Shown here: positions 45,400 to 57,733 of the stretch, in pieces | How positions within the stretch are numbered: the first letter of the stretch is position 1 | How the letters are laid out: the number at the start of each line of letters is the position of its first letter | Source: Macrostomum lignano | Lineage: Eukaryota | Reading direction: 5' to 3' | NCBI GenBank assembly: GCA_002269645.1 | Contig: NIVC01003142.1 | Coordinates: 1-64,000 of the forward strand | DNA: 64,000 nt | Notes under the pieces: model-generated | What the model was told of the DNA's origin: nothing | What the model saw: the letters and a program-made list of their open reading frames with translations, nothing else | Database searches by the model: none | Translations under genes and position numbers: made by a program

Positions 45400-45965
45400 G
45401 AAGAGAGGAGAAGTGAAAGAGGGGATAAAAGAAAATATAAAAGATAATAGAAGAGATGAGGGGTGAGGACGATGAGAGAGAGGGGGAGAAGAGGGGAGAG
45501 AGGAAAAGCAAGAGGAGAGCAGAGAGTAAAGGGAAGAGAGAAGAGATAAAGATACATCTCTACATCTCTAAGGTTGTAGAGATGAGAAAGGTGGAAGGAG
45601 AGATGAGAAATGAGAGATGAGAGATAAAGGAGAGAGGAGAGTGGAGAGAGAGAAGAGAGGGAGAGAGAGTATAGAAAATGGAAAAGAAGAGAAAAAGTAA
45701 AGAGAAAGGAAAGTGAGGAGTCAAAAGAGGGGAAAGAAAAGAGTATAGAGGAGAGAGGTGAGAGAACATATAAGACAGAGATGCCAGATTAAAGAGGGGG
45801 ATAAGAGAGCAGAGACGAGAGTGAACAGATGGAAGATGGGAGAGTAGAGAGAACAGAGGAGAGATAAGAGATTACAGAGACGAGAGGAGAGAGGAGAGAC
45901 AAATGTAGAGAATTGAGTGAGGAGAGAGAGGAGAGGAAAGAGAGAGAGAAAAGAGATAAGAGATA

Positions 45966-45996
<31 letters not shown>

Positions 45997-46550
45997 AAAG
46001 ATAAAAGAAGAGAAAGGAAAGATGAGAGAGCAAAGGCAAGAGAGAAAAGAGGTGAGGGAAGAGACGAGAGAAGAGGGGAGAGAGGAGAGAGGAAAGAAGA
46101 GATGAGAGGAGAGAGAGAGGAACGAGTAGAGAGGGGAAAGATGAGAGAGTAGAGGAGACAGTTAAGAGAAGAGAGAAAAGAATAGAGAGGAGAAGGAAGA
46201 GACGAGAGAAGAGGGGAGAGAGGAGAGAGGAGAGGAGAGAAAAGAAGAGGGAAGAGATGAGATAAGAGATATGAAAGAGAAGAGAGATGAGGGAAGATAC
46301 GAGAAAAGATGGGAGAGAGGAGAGAGGAGAGGAGAGAGAAAACGACAGAGTAGAGAGGAGAGAGGAGAGGAGAGAAAACGAAAAAGTAGAGAGGAGAGAG
46401 GAGAGGAGAGAGAAAAGAAGAGACAAGAGATGAGATAAGAGAGATGAAAGAGAAGAGAGATGAGGGAAGATACGAGAGAAGAGGGGAGAGATGAGAGAGG
46501 AGAGACGAGGGACGAGAGAGAAGAGAGGAAACAGAAGAGACGATAGAAAT
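45400..46550. repeat. Polypurine (GA-rich) low-complexity tract
   Basis: About 1.1 kb almost exclusively G/A on the + strand. Confidence 0.93.
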
Positions 46551-46938
46551 TTTAAAGCATCCAAGGGACGTAAGGAGAGGCAGGGAGAGGCCTGAGTTTG
46601 CCAATACATGTTTTAGAGTCAGATAGACATTGCCTGACATTCTGCGCAGTACCCCAGCCAACAATATCAACGTTTGCCTCAAACCCTAATTTTACACGAA
46701 TGTGCTCCATTTTATGTCTACCTCTATCCTACTAACTATAAACAAGTTTTTGTTTGTGTATGGCCTTAGATTTCAAAATACATGCAAAAGTTCCAGGGAT
46801 TGGAATTCCCCGGGTTCAAAATCCGCGGGTTTCAACAGCTTGTTTTTTTATATATCTCATTTTAAGAATATATATATATTGCTTGTATTTAAAATACTAA
46901 ATATATCTAAAAATATAAATATGCCATCTCATTATTAA

Positions 46939-47110
46939 CATACGTGCGCAACCTTGGGAATCACCCGGCCGTTTCTATTGGCAACACACACATGTAAGTC
47001 GCTATTGGCTGAGAGCAGTCACATGACTACTTTTCTGTCCAATAGCGACATACATGTGTGTGTTGCCAATAGAAACGGCCGAGTGAATCCCAAGGTTGCG
47101 CCCAAGCATG
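46939..47110. mobile_element. 172-bp palindromic MITE with 8-bp TSD ATTATTAA
   Basis: Arms 46946-47008 and ~47039-47101 are reverse complements with ~3 mismatches; termini CAT...ATG; ATTATTAA at 46931-46938 and 47111-47118. Confidence 0.8.
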
Positions 47111-48149
47111 ATTATTAACATTTCAGATAGTTTTTAAAAGTATCTTGTTGTTCAAGGAACTGAACTTTGCTTTGTTCCCCTATTGCTATCATGCAAAGAC
47201 AATTAATTTACCCAATTGCTTTATATTTCTTTGTACCTTAATTTACTCATATTTACCACTTTGTCTTTTAATGCAATCTATTGCTGCTGCATGATGTGCT
47301 AATTGTACTTAAATTTTCTCACAATTGCCATTTTGTTTTAATGCGCTCTATTGCTTGATCAATATTGTTTTATCTTAATTCACCAAATAATGTGATATAA
47401 TGTAATACATATATAATTACATTTATTTAAATTTATATATACTAAATTTTAAATTTTATAGTGCTATAAATTTGTAAGGATTACTGAAAACGATGTCATT
47501 GTCTTTTTTATTTAACTTTACTGTCTACTATACAATTGTGAAAACAGATATACAATACAGAAAGGTTACAATAAACTAATAATAATAAAGCTTTGGCTAA
47601 TCACAAAAGTTATTTGCTGCTCTTGCAAGATCTTACTAATAAGATCTTGCAAGATATAAAAGATAAGATCTTGTATGATGTAGCAAGTTGCCAAGATCTG
47701 ATAAGTTTACCTAGGTATTATCATAGCAAAGGTCTTGCACATTCTTGCAAGATGTTATCATAGCAAAGACTTGTATAGCAACCCAAGAAAATTAGATAAG
47801 ATCTGCTAAGAATCAATAAGTCAATGTCCTCTAGGGTTGTTGCCCAGTTGGGCAACAAGCAATATGCCAACTGATTTCTCAAGAAGTATGCAATCAACCT
47901 CAGGAGAAGCTCTTCAAACCTGCTGCTGAAATTAAAGAACAAGTTCTGCAAGATGAAGGCAGCTTAAGAGGTCTGCCTTAGCTGCCAACACTGGAACTGT
48001 TGGCATAGCATCCTAATGAACCATAGGATCTAGAACTCCAACTTTAAGAAGAGGTGCTTCTAGATAGCTTTTTGCCAAGTGATGTCCACATTAAAGAGAA
48101 CAGCAGATGCCACTTTATATTTGCTAGCCAGTGTTAATTACAGCTACTA

Positions 48150-48900
48150 GGACATTGCAAGGAGTGGTTTGGCAATAGAACCTTTTTTGTCATCAAAGAA
48201 CCATTTTTATAGCTGTGTATCTTTCATGGTTACATTTGGCAAAATGAGTCTATAAAGCAGATACTACTAGCTTACATTCTCATGTTTATAAAGAGCAAAT
48301 GAGACTATAGGCATACACTGCGAGCTTTCAAAGATCTGCTGCCTGAATGCAAACTGAAGAACATCATATTCAACTTTGAAACCAGAATATAAAAGGCTAC
48401 AAAGTCTTCTATTTCCCAAATGTATTCCCAAAGTAGAGAGTATTCCCAAATGTGAAGTGTCACGGCTGCAGCTTTTACTAGGCCTTATTCACAGGCAATT
48501 TAGCAGTATATTCAGTCACTTGGCTTACAACCTGCTTACACAAATGATAAGGCTGTTTGGTCCTTTTGTCACAAATTAATGACATTGGCTTTTCTGCCAA
48601 GCAATTGCATGCAAGCTGCATTCATAGAGCTGCAACAGACAACCTAAAAAAAAACAGCTATGTGCATTGTGTGAGTACATTTCCAACATATGGCTTAGCA
48701 ACACTGTCTGGTGATTGGACAAAGTTAGTGTTTTCCACCATACCATCAGAATGAACAATGGGACTGAAGGCTACCATCACTATCTCAACCAAAAAGCACA
48801 GAGTGGCAACTTTCGCTTCTACAAAATTGCAACCTTACTTTACAACAAAGCAAGGGTAGCCAATCTCCAGGCTAAGCTGGTGTCTCGGGAGCAATTCAAC
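48150..48900 (+). mobile_element. Degraded MULE (Mutator-like) transposase relic
   Basis: Fragments (D)GTFFVIKEPFL*LCIFHGYI, FETRI*KA, HGCSFY*A (GC.FH motif) and RMNNGTEGYHHYLN (RTNN..EG.H..LN motif), in the expected order. Confidence 0.7.
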
Positions 48901-49504
48901 TCAGCTTTATCATTTATATTTTTAATTACACCTATTTTATTGTCTAGGTCTAGTCTACTTATTCATGGCCATATAGTATAGTTTTAAGAATTTAGAAGAC
49001 TCGGAAAACTTTAATCATGTTTATCAAAATTGCATACCAGTTTGCCTATAGTGAACATATAGGCCTAGTTCTAAAGTACTTGTCTAACCTATTTAAGTAT
49101 TATCAACCTGAGCCTAGCCTAGGGCATGGCTAATAAGCCAATTAAGATTTTATTAGGCCTAGGCCTAGTTAAATAATTTATTTAGAATCTTAGGCCTACT
49201 TTAAAAGTCTATAACTTCCATTGTGTCACCATGGGTACCCATTACACTTATAATCTTCCAACTCAGTTTCACTTTGTGGCTTAAATAAATTGTTCCACTT
49301 TAAGATTGAAACAGTTTTGTCCTATAAACTTTAGCAATCCTTTGGTTTACAATCACTATCTATTTTGCCAGCTTTAGTTTATAATTTAATAAATATATTA
49401 AATCTCTAAGGTTTGCATGCTTGTCACTTTCTATTTTTCCAGTTTTGGTTTAGGATCACCTTATATTTTGCTTAGGCCCCTTATTGCAATGCAAAATGGA
49501 GTGT

Positions 49505-50190
49505 TCAAAACTAAGACATAAAAACTGATGGTAATTTCAAATGAAAAGAAAGCAAAAGTTGGCTGATCAACTAACTTTGTTTATTTGAAATTGAAAGGAT
49601 TGTACATTAGTTTATTAGTAGCTTATGCATATATATCATCTTTGGTTTACAATCATCCAAATGTACATGTCTTATTAAAATGATTGTAAACCAAAGCTGG
49701 TTGTAAGAAAGCATGTCAATCCTAGCTTAGCATAGGCCTCTAATTAATATTTAATGCTACACCCTCCTCACTTTTGGTCTACAATCATTTCCATACATGC
49801 ACTCCATTGAAATAATTGTAAACTGAAGCTGGCTATAAGAAAGCATGTCAACCCTTAGTACACTTTCTTATGGCTAGCTTTGGTTCATAATCATTTAATG
49901 GGTAACATATGTTTGGGTGATTATAAACTAAAGGTGAAATATATAGGCTACCATAGCTCAAACTTGTGACTTGACAGTTGAAATTAGTTTGACAGTCTTT
50001 CTTACTGCCAGCTTTGGTTCGCGATCATTTAAATGGGCAATATATATTTGGGTGATTGTAAATTGAAGGTGAAGTATAAGGTGCTATGACAATCTTACCA
50101 TCTTTTGAAATAAACAAAGTCAGTTTGCCAATATTTGATTTACTTTCATTAGAAACTCTAGATTTATGTCTTACAACTATTTTTTGCAGT
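49505..50190. mobile_element. Non-autonomous TIR element with ~100-bp imperfect TIRs and four internal hairpin modules
   Basis: 49505-49605 is an imperfect reverse complement of 50095-50190; CTTTGGTTTACAATCAT / ATGATTGTAAACCAAAG-type pairs lie inside. Confidence 0.6.
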
Positions 50191-52080
50191 GATCATCACT
50201 GTTAAAGGTGATTGTCACTGTTTGGGGTGATTGTAAACAGAAGGAATGCCGAAACTTTAAGATTGTGCTATATAGAGTTTCAGTAGGCTGACACTGCGAC
50301 TCGGTTTGCAATAATAGGGGGGGGGGCTACATTAATATAGGGCCTAGTGCAGGAATTTTTCTGCAGACAGCATTTCCAAAGAAAATAAAATCCAAAATAA
50401 ACTAACTAAACATAGCTAAATAAAAAAGAATCGTAGATCTATAGACAATACAGGTAAGATATAATTAGATTCTATGTAACTATTTACACGCTGCTTTTGT
50501 ATTATGCACCCGCTTAAAAAATTCAAGCCGATTCCTGGTTAAATTCCAAGTTAAACTGTGAATATTCAAGGTTTATCTAGGAATGAGAGTTAAGATCGCT
50601 TCCAAGTTAAACTGACGTTTAAATTCATTGCACTTTAACAAAGCACGGTCAAAAAAGTTGAAAAAAACGACTGTTAAACTAAGCTAACTGTAAAGAAAGT
50701 TTTAAGTTTTAAGTTAAAATACTAGGCTGAGCTTCACTACACACATAAATCAAACGCAGCATGAAAAGTAAAAGATTTGAATGTTATCGCGCGCTCAGAC
50801 CATCTGCACATTTTTTATTTTTATTTACAAGTGCGCGCATTCACTTGTATTATGAAGTAATCGCATTATCGCGCGCAATCTTTTGGGGCATAAATTTCAG
50901 ACAATAATCTTTAAGATTTTACTACAGCCGCATCTGGGGCATGAGTTTAAAATTTTGACGCGGCTGAGACGCGGCTAGCAACATGGAAGTGCGCATTCTC
51001 AGTTTTTGCCTCAATCTCTAAATTAGCTTTCTATTGTTCATTTCTACTATTTAAAGGGTATTACTAACCAAAATAATTAAAGATCTAAGCGATAGGTGTG
51101 CAACTATACTACTTGTTACTGTTTAGTTCTTGGTTTGTGTGTTTTGCTATATTTGCTATTTTAAAAATATCTAGAATAGATATTTTTATATCATATTATT
51201 TCTTTTTAATTCTGTCTTGAAACTTTCATAGTAAAAGACACATTGAACACGAATTATGTTTTATAGTTATACTAACTATAAAGTTTTATTTTATATTTTT
51301 TATATATTAAAATTTTATTTTTAGCAAAATATTAATTGCATTGTTCTAATAAAAAATAATTGTTAGAAATTTCTATAAAGAAGCATTACTTTTTGTTCCT
51401 CTATCCTCAATTTTAGCAGCCAAAACATTTAGTTTTTAAATGTAAGAACTATCTCAGTTTTTATGTAGCTTCATTTTAAAGAGATATTTTGTACATATTT
51501 GAAAAAAAAACAACTAAAATGGTTCACAGTTTTATAGTCACTCAAAATCCTGCTATCAATAAAATTCCTATTAAGGCATTTAGAATTCAGTATTGAATCA
51601 TTATAAATCAATAAATAACTTTAAACCATTAAATCACAAAAATAACCTGTTTGCATGCACTTGCATTTGCACTTTGAGCTCCCATCATTTGATTTTTCTC
51701 ATCAGTAGTATTTTATATTTGTTATTTTTCATACAATATTTTCTAATTGTGATTAGTGACTTCTAGCCCTATCACATCAGAGAAAAAGCAATGTATAAGC
51801 TGTTGGGCATGTAGAAGCCATCAAAAGCGAGCATAATTTTCTTGAATAATATAGGTATATTTGTCTGGAATAAGTAGGAAGTTTAAAAAATACTAACTGT
51901 AAAGTTGTAAAACTGGCAAAGTTGGTAGAAGAAACACTTCTACTTCACAAGTAGAAGAAACACTTCAACACTTCTACATTTTTTAACAAAAGTTAATAAA
52001 TAATGTGCTTCACAAAAAAGTGCAGTACCATCGAAAAATATGACTAATTTTACTTTCGCTGTCCTTGCAGTTATTTCAGG

Positions 52081-52693
52081 TTGCACATGGAGCACCAATT
52101 AAACAAATTGTTTGTAGTTCGCTTTGCTCAGAATGCGATGCAAGCCGTCAATGAACAGGACTTGTGCGTCATTATTGCAGCGAGCAAAGAAGAGGCTCCT
52201 CTACGTCTATGCTACGGGAGGAAAGTACATGTAGCCGTAGCTGGACGCTCCTCGAGCAGTTTACAACCCGACGTTGATGGTCCCTGCTTTGCCTACCTTT
52301 GCGCTGATCAGGAACTGCCTCCCAATCATGGGAATAGAGACGGTGAGAATGACACAGTGCCTGGCACTTATTTGTTACAGTAGGCGGCTAGCTTGCAAAA
52401 CTATAGATTAGAAAATGTGGTATTAGCTGTACAGTATGTGTGTTACGTTTTGTTTTATGAATTTCCCTAACTTTTTAGGGGAACCGACAATCGGCAACGT
52501 GCGACTGGAGCAGATGAACAAAAAGCTCGATAAGTTGATCGAATTGCGCAGCGCCCAGAGTCATGGTGGTAGGACGGTTGGACAGGCTACACAAGAAAAT
52601 ACGCCTGAGGCTGAACCACAGGACAGGTTGATGGAGGAGCAAAATGGCATCGCGACTGGACAGGACGGCGATGAGGCGGCATGTAACATGTAA
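52081..52693 (+). CDS. Putative spliced gene fragment of unknown function (exons ~52081-52342 and 52479-52693, coiled-coil segment)
   Basis: Donor GTGAGA at 52343 and acceptor TTTTTAG at 52478 join in phase (NHGNRD-G-EPTIGNVRLEQMNKKLDKLIEL). No family recognised with confidence. Confidence 0.35.
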
Positions 52694-53090
52694 TCTGGTT
52701 GAGGAGCTCCCGGCCGTAACAGTAAACAAACGGCGACTCGACATCGCCATTCAGGCTAATGCTGCTGCGCTTGATGCTACGGCAGCCACCAAGCTTTGTT
52801 ACTAAGGAGCTGCTAATCGAACTAATAGGTATGGAGGCTTATCGCTTTCTACGAAAAGGCATTTTCCAGATTTTTTCTAACTTAATTAACAATGTCTGTC
52901 ACTTTCTTGCAAATATAAAGAAATGATTATCATAATTTGAATTTTTAGGTTTTGCAATTTTATAAATAATAAAAGCGCACTAGAGGTGCGCCATTTATAA
53001 AAGTTAAAGTTCAACTGCACATTTATATTTGCTGTTTATTATCATATTTCAGGTCGTGATGCTCTTACATGCGACTCCGGCTCCTATATG

Positions 53091-53825
53091 CAAGGACTAC
53101 TTAAGTAGAAGGACGGAAGACTCAGAATTGGTGAAAATTTCATTGGAGGCCGATTTTTCAATGTATCTCCTGTGTACGCTATTGATCGACAAACCTCCGC
53201 CAGTACTGAGGCCCATGCTTGAAATGGCGAAGACTCTAACTGTCCGCGGCGACTTACTCAACGAGCTGCTCAAAGCTAAGTGTGTCAGCTAATTGTATTC
53301 ATTTAGAAAAAATCTTATAACATAAAAAATGTGGATATAAATGCGATTCCCAAATGTCGATTCTCAAAAAAACACAGCTTTTTTATTTCTTATTTTCTTC
53401 AGTTTCTACTTATAGACAAATCGTGAATACATTCACGCATTCGCTCTTTCCCACGCGCATCTCCAATTGCTCACTGTTCATTTTTCTTTCATTATGGTTA
53501 AAATTCAATAAATAAATAATACAATCGAGACTGGAGACCGTCTAAAAATTAAGAAAAAATTCAACGTTTTTGTCATTAAACAGACTCGTATCCGTGATAA
53601 GAGTTATGTACTTTTGTTAAATTTAATAGTGTGAGAACTAGCGTTGCTACGGCGAGCAAAAAACGGCTGAAATTTGGCGTCAGGGCTTCTAAATACGAAA
53701 TTCCTCATTTACTACTACTGCAAAAAACTTTGCGCACTACTAACCGCAGTAGATAAATTCGAACATAACTCCTAAATTTTCGCGACGCTCATTAAATTAA
53801 ACAATTCTTCCGTCTTCCTACTTAA
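53091..53825. mobile_element. TIR element related to the 54199 foldback element; right terminus incomplete
   Basis: CAAGGACTACTTAAGTAGAAGGACGG at 53091 matches the 54199 terminus at 25/26. 53806-53825 is the inverted partner of 53101-53120 (18/20). Confidence 0.6.
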
Positions 53826-54198
53826 ACTAGGAACGTCTTCCGACTTACCTGATTGGCTGGCTAACATGGAAGAATAGAGTGATTTTAAACTAGGAATATG
53901 GCTTTAATTTTCTATGCGGGCAAGCACAAAACAACAGAAGTAAAAAGTTCTTAGTTGTAAGTCTATATTCTAGAGTCTTACTACCTAAAGCTTAAAAAAA
54001 TCTTACTACATTTGTGTGTCACATGCCTAAAAAATTCTAAATTAACAAAATTTATCTAAATTGTTATATTAAGTGATCAAATTGCGGCCCGGCCCGGACT
54101 GCAGCTGGCCGAGCCGGGCCGCGAAATACCAACACGTATATTTATCGTGCAAGCCTGCATGCATGCATTGCACATCCCAGGCATGCACATCCCACATC

Positions 54199-54895
54199 CA
54201 AGGACGACTTAAGTAGAAGGACGGGAAACCTCGTTTCTTAGAAAATTTTTGAAGGCACTTTTTCCCGAAAAAATACACTACGGAGATAGGAAATTTTCAT
54301 TTTTTCAGCACAAAAATTGCTATTACTTTTGATAGGAAGCAGATTCAGTGTTCATCTTTTGATATGTTGTGCCTTTTTTATTGCTCTATCGATATTTATA
54401 AAACTTTTCGTTCAGAAAATTACCTTTCTATGTTAATTTTTTATTCTACGTATATCTTCACGCGTCTTGGCTTGAAATACATTAAAATGCCACGGCTCAG
54501 CTCTTTGGTTTTATGAGTCTATTTTGTCATTCTTAACTGACTGTGTAGCAAATATTCGTAACAGAGATGATAAAATAGATTCATAAAACCAAATATTGGA
54601 GCTGTGTCATGCATTTTTGTGATTTTCAGGTACAGGAAATATCCGTGGAATAAAAAATTAACATAGAAAGCTAATTTTCTGAACAAAAAGCTTTTTAAAT
54701 ATCGATAGAGCTATAAAAAAGGCACAACATATCAAAAGATAAACACTGGATCTGCCTCCTATCAAAAGTAATAGCAATTTTTGTGCTGAAAAAATGAAAA
54801 TTTCCTATCTCCGTAGTGTATTTTTTCGGGAAAAAGTGCCTTCAAAAATTTTCTAAGAAACGAGGTTTCCCGTCCTTCTACTTAAGTCGTCCTTG
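54199..54895. mobile_element. 697-bp foldback MITE, P-element-like termini (CAAGG), 8-bp TSD CCCACATC
   Basis: TSD at 54191-54198 and 54896-54903; the arms are inverted copies that extend, imperfectly near the centre, to a ~36-nt loop (54531-54566). Confidence 0.9.
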
Positions 54896-56498
54896 CCCAC
54901 ATCATGCGAGTTCAAATTAATTAAAGAAAGAAAGCAAAAAATAACAAAAAACAAAAAGTATAACAAAAAATATATTTAAAGATTAATTATGCTAGGTAAT
55001 AAAATATAGCTATTTCGGTTAAAAAGCTAAAAAACATATAATATGTAGATTGATCGATAATAATTACATAACAAATCACTAAATAACCGATCGGTGGATC
55101 AAGGGAACCGGTCAAACCGCGGCGACAAGACGATCCGGCGACAGTCGAAGCAGAGACAGACAATTCGGCGACAAGGTATACATATTTACAGCACTGGAGT
55201 AGTGTAGTATAACTGTAGTACTGTACTGTAGTAGTGTAGTATGACACAGCTTTGTGAATAAAAGAAAACTTTTTTCCAATTTTTTTTCGATCACTGAGTG
55301 TGGGCCACTCCCGCTGTGTGGGCCACCCACGCTGTAAAACTGAACGTGGTGCACTCAGCTGCTCAACTAAATGTACTTGACAGTGTCCATTTGTACATTG
55401 TTCGCTAGGATCGCGTATGTCTTGTCACCGTTTGACTCGAATTGCCTCCAATCGCTATGTACATTATGTATAACTTGACATATAATATCTTCTACACGTG
55501 TGAACATGTACGTCAGACTGTGGTGAAAAGCCTGACTATATTAACACCATTACACGACTTCTCACTTTAGTTTGCAACAAGTTTCTCACAGAGAGCCGTT
55601 TAAAGCAAAAAATTGAAGACAAAAATTCATCGCCATTCGGATAAGACTGCAGGCCGGCCCTGGGGTACAGACCTCTAGAAAATCCATTGATTCGTAGTTC
55701 TAAACTTATGCAGCTATATTAATGATAAAACTAGCGTTTCAATTCGCCCCTCGATTTTTATACTGTTCAGACAAATCGACCTGGTTTTTGGTCGAACGCT
55801 TCAGTAGAGGCTCTGCTGATCGGCCTAACACCGGCCCACCGACGGGACTGGGCACACACACTCACACACACACTCACGCTCTACCACTAGGCTACAACCC
55901 CGTGTGCGCTCATTGGTCAAATAAATAAGAGCTATGGAACACTGTACGATTTTATAGTGCTGAAGAAAAATATATTAAAAATTAAACTAAATAAATAAGC
56001 TGCTCCAAGAAATTCCATTCTGGTCGACGACAATTATAGGATTCTCAATTTAAATTGCACACACACCATTTGAAAGGAAAATGGAGTATCAAGGAGAATT
56101 AAGTCAAGACTGCCGCTGTCTGATCAGCAGCAATAGTTCATTAATATTGTTAATTTCTCCATCACCAGACTGAATTTCTGTTCTCGGCGTACTTTTTACT
56201 GACCTGCAATTGATTAGGAAATGATCAGATTGGGCACGCGATATATTCTCTACTAATAGCATTGCAACCCAACAGACGAGGGCTAAACTGCCAAACTATT
56301 GCGTCTTTACGTAACAAAAATGACAACAAAATCATTAATGTACCAACTGCCATCCGTCAAAGGGTCTCTCAAGGAAGATGATTGGGAAAATTTCGATTTC
56401 ATATGCGCTTATTAACTCTTAGTTCAATTTTCAGTGACTATCGAATTACGCACCGTTCTGATAAAGACTCTCTTCAAGCAAAAAACAATTAGAACTGA

Positions 56499-56818
56499 TC
56501 AAACGAATCCAGCACGAATGTCCCAAGACGTACCAGGAACGAATCCAGTAGGATAAACTTCGTTTCTATAGGCCCCTCCGCAGGTCTTGCTGCTGTCTCC
56601 GCCGCACGCCATTTTGCAATCGGAGTCGCTAGCCTTGCCGTGCTTGCCATACGAGTTGCCGCAGAGGCACCAGTTACTGGCTTAAAGACCGGCGTACTTG
56701 TAGTTCTGAGATTTGCAGCGGCTCACGCAGGACTCGGGCGTAGTCGACGACGAATGATGGAGAACCGGCAGGTCTCTGTCACTCCCCTTGTCCACGTAGC
56801 AGCCGAGGCGCTTCGCTG
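56499..56818 (-). pseudogene. Duplicate WSC-domain exon with premature stop
   Basis: 56507-56808 matches 57751-58052 except CTC CAA to CTT TAA (stop at 56684-56682); own acceptor TTTACAG in the same phase; own terminal TGA at 56501-56499. Confidence 0.85.
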
Positions 56819-56959
56819 CTGTAAACAATATTTCAGCGAATCTCTTTGTTCCTACAGTGCACGTCTGGCACAAACCCACGTAAACAGCCCTAGGCTCGTT
56901 CTCTTGAAATTCTCTTTCGTACAACAGAACAGCAAGCATCTAATTTAGGCAAAGTCTCA

Positions 56960-57290
56960 TTTAGGTACCAATCAAGTTTAGGTAGCGTTTCTTCTGTGTA
57001 GCAACAATTTGGGTGACATCTGGGTGACATTTATTTAGGTACCCTGTCATCTGGGTGACATCAATTTAGGTAACATCTCATCTAGGTAGCATCAATTTAG
57101 GTAACATCTCATCTCATCTAGGTAGCATCAATTTGGGTGACATCTTGGTGATATTTATTTAGGTAACATCTCATCTAGGTAGCATCAATTTAGGTAACAT
57201 CTCATCCAGGTAGCATCAATTTAGGTAACATCTCATCTAGGTAGCATCAATTTAGGTAATGTCTTATCTGAGCTGCATCAATTTAGGCAA
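56960..57290. repeat. ~31-bp minisatellite (TAGGTAGCATCAATTTAGGTAACATCTCATC)n between the two WSC copies
   Basis: Recurring TAGGTAGCATC / TAGGTAACATC half-units. Confidence 0.88.
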
Positions 57291-57733
57291 CATTGTTGTA
57301 CTTTACCTGCTGCCATCTTTGTTACAACGTTGCCGTTGCTTGTCGCCATAGACATCTTAGTTCTGCACTACGTTCAATTAAGCGCGTGCAGCGCAGCCCC
57401 CTCCCCATTAAATTACAACCAGCTCTCAGTAAACTACAAACATCTTATCTAGGTAGGCATCTAATTTTTCCAGAGTCTGATTCAGGTAGCATCTAATTTG
57501 GACAACATCTCATTTTGCTCGTGAAGCAAAGCTTAACCCTAAATATTGCATGCCCTAACCCAATATTTATACTTTCTAACTCCAGCATTAATTTACTTCT
57601 CAAGCAATCAACTGCTTCACCGATCAAGAAAACGAGCGGAAGGAATGCAAAGATGCCGAATGAGCAGCCCTCTTTCGCCCCAACTGACACAAAGTAAGCG
57701 AGCTTGACTACCTTGACGACTTAAATTAGCACG

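Noticed and set aside
54085-54123. GC-rich 10-bp stem hairpin as a terminator
   Set aside because: Bacterial-style terminators are not meaningful here and there is no other support.
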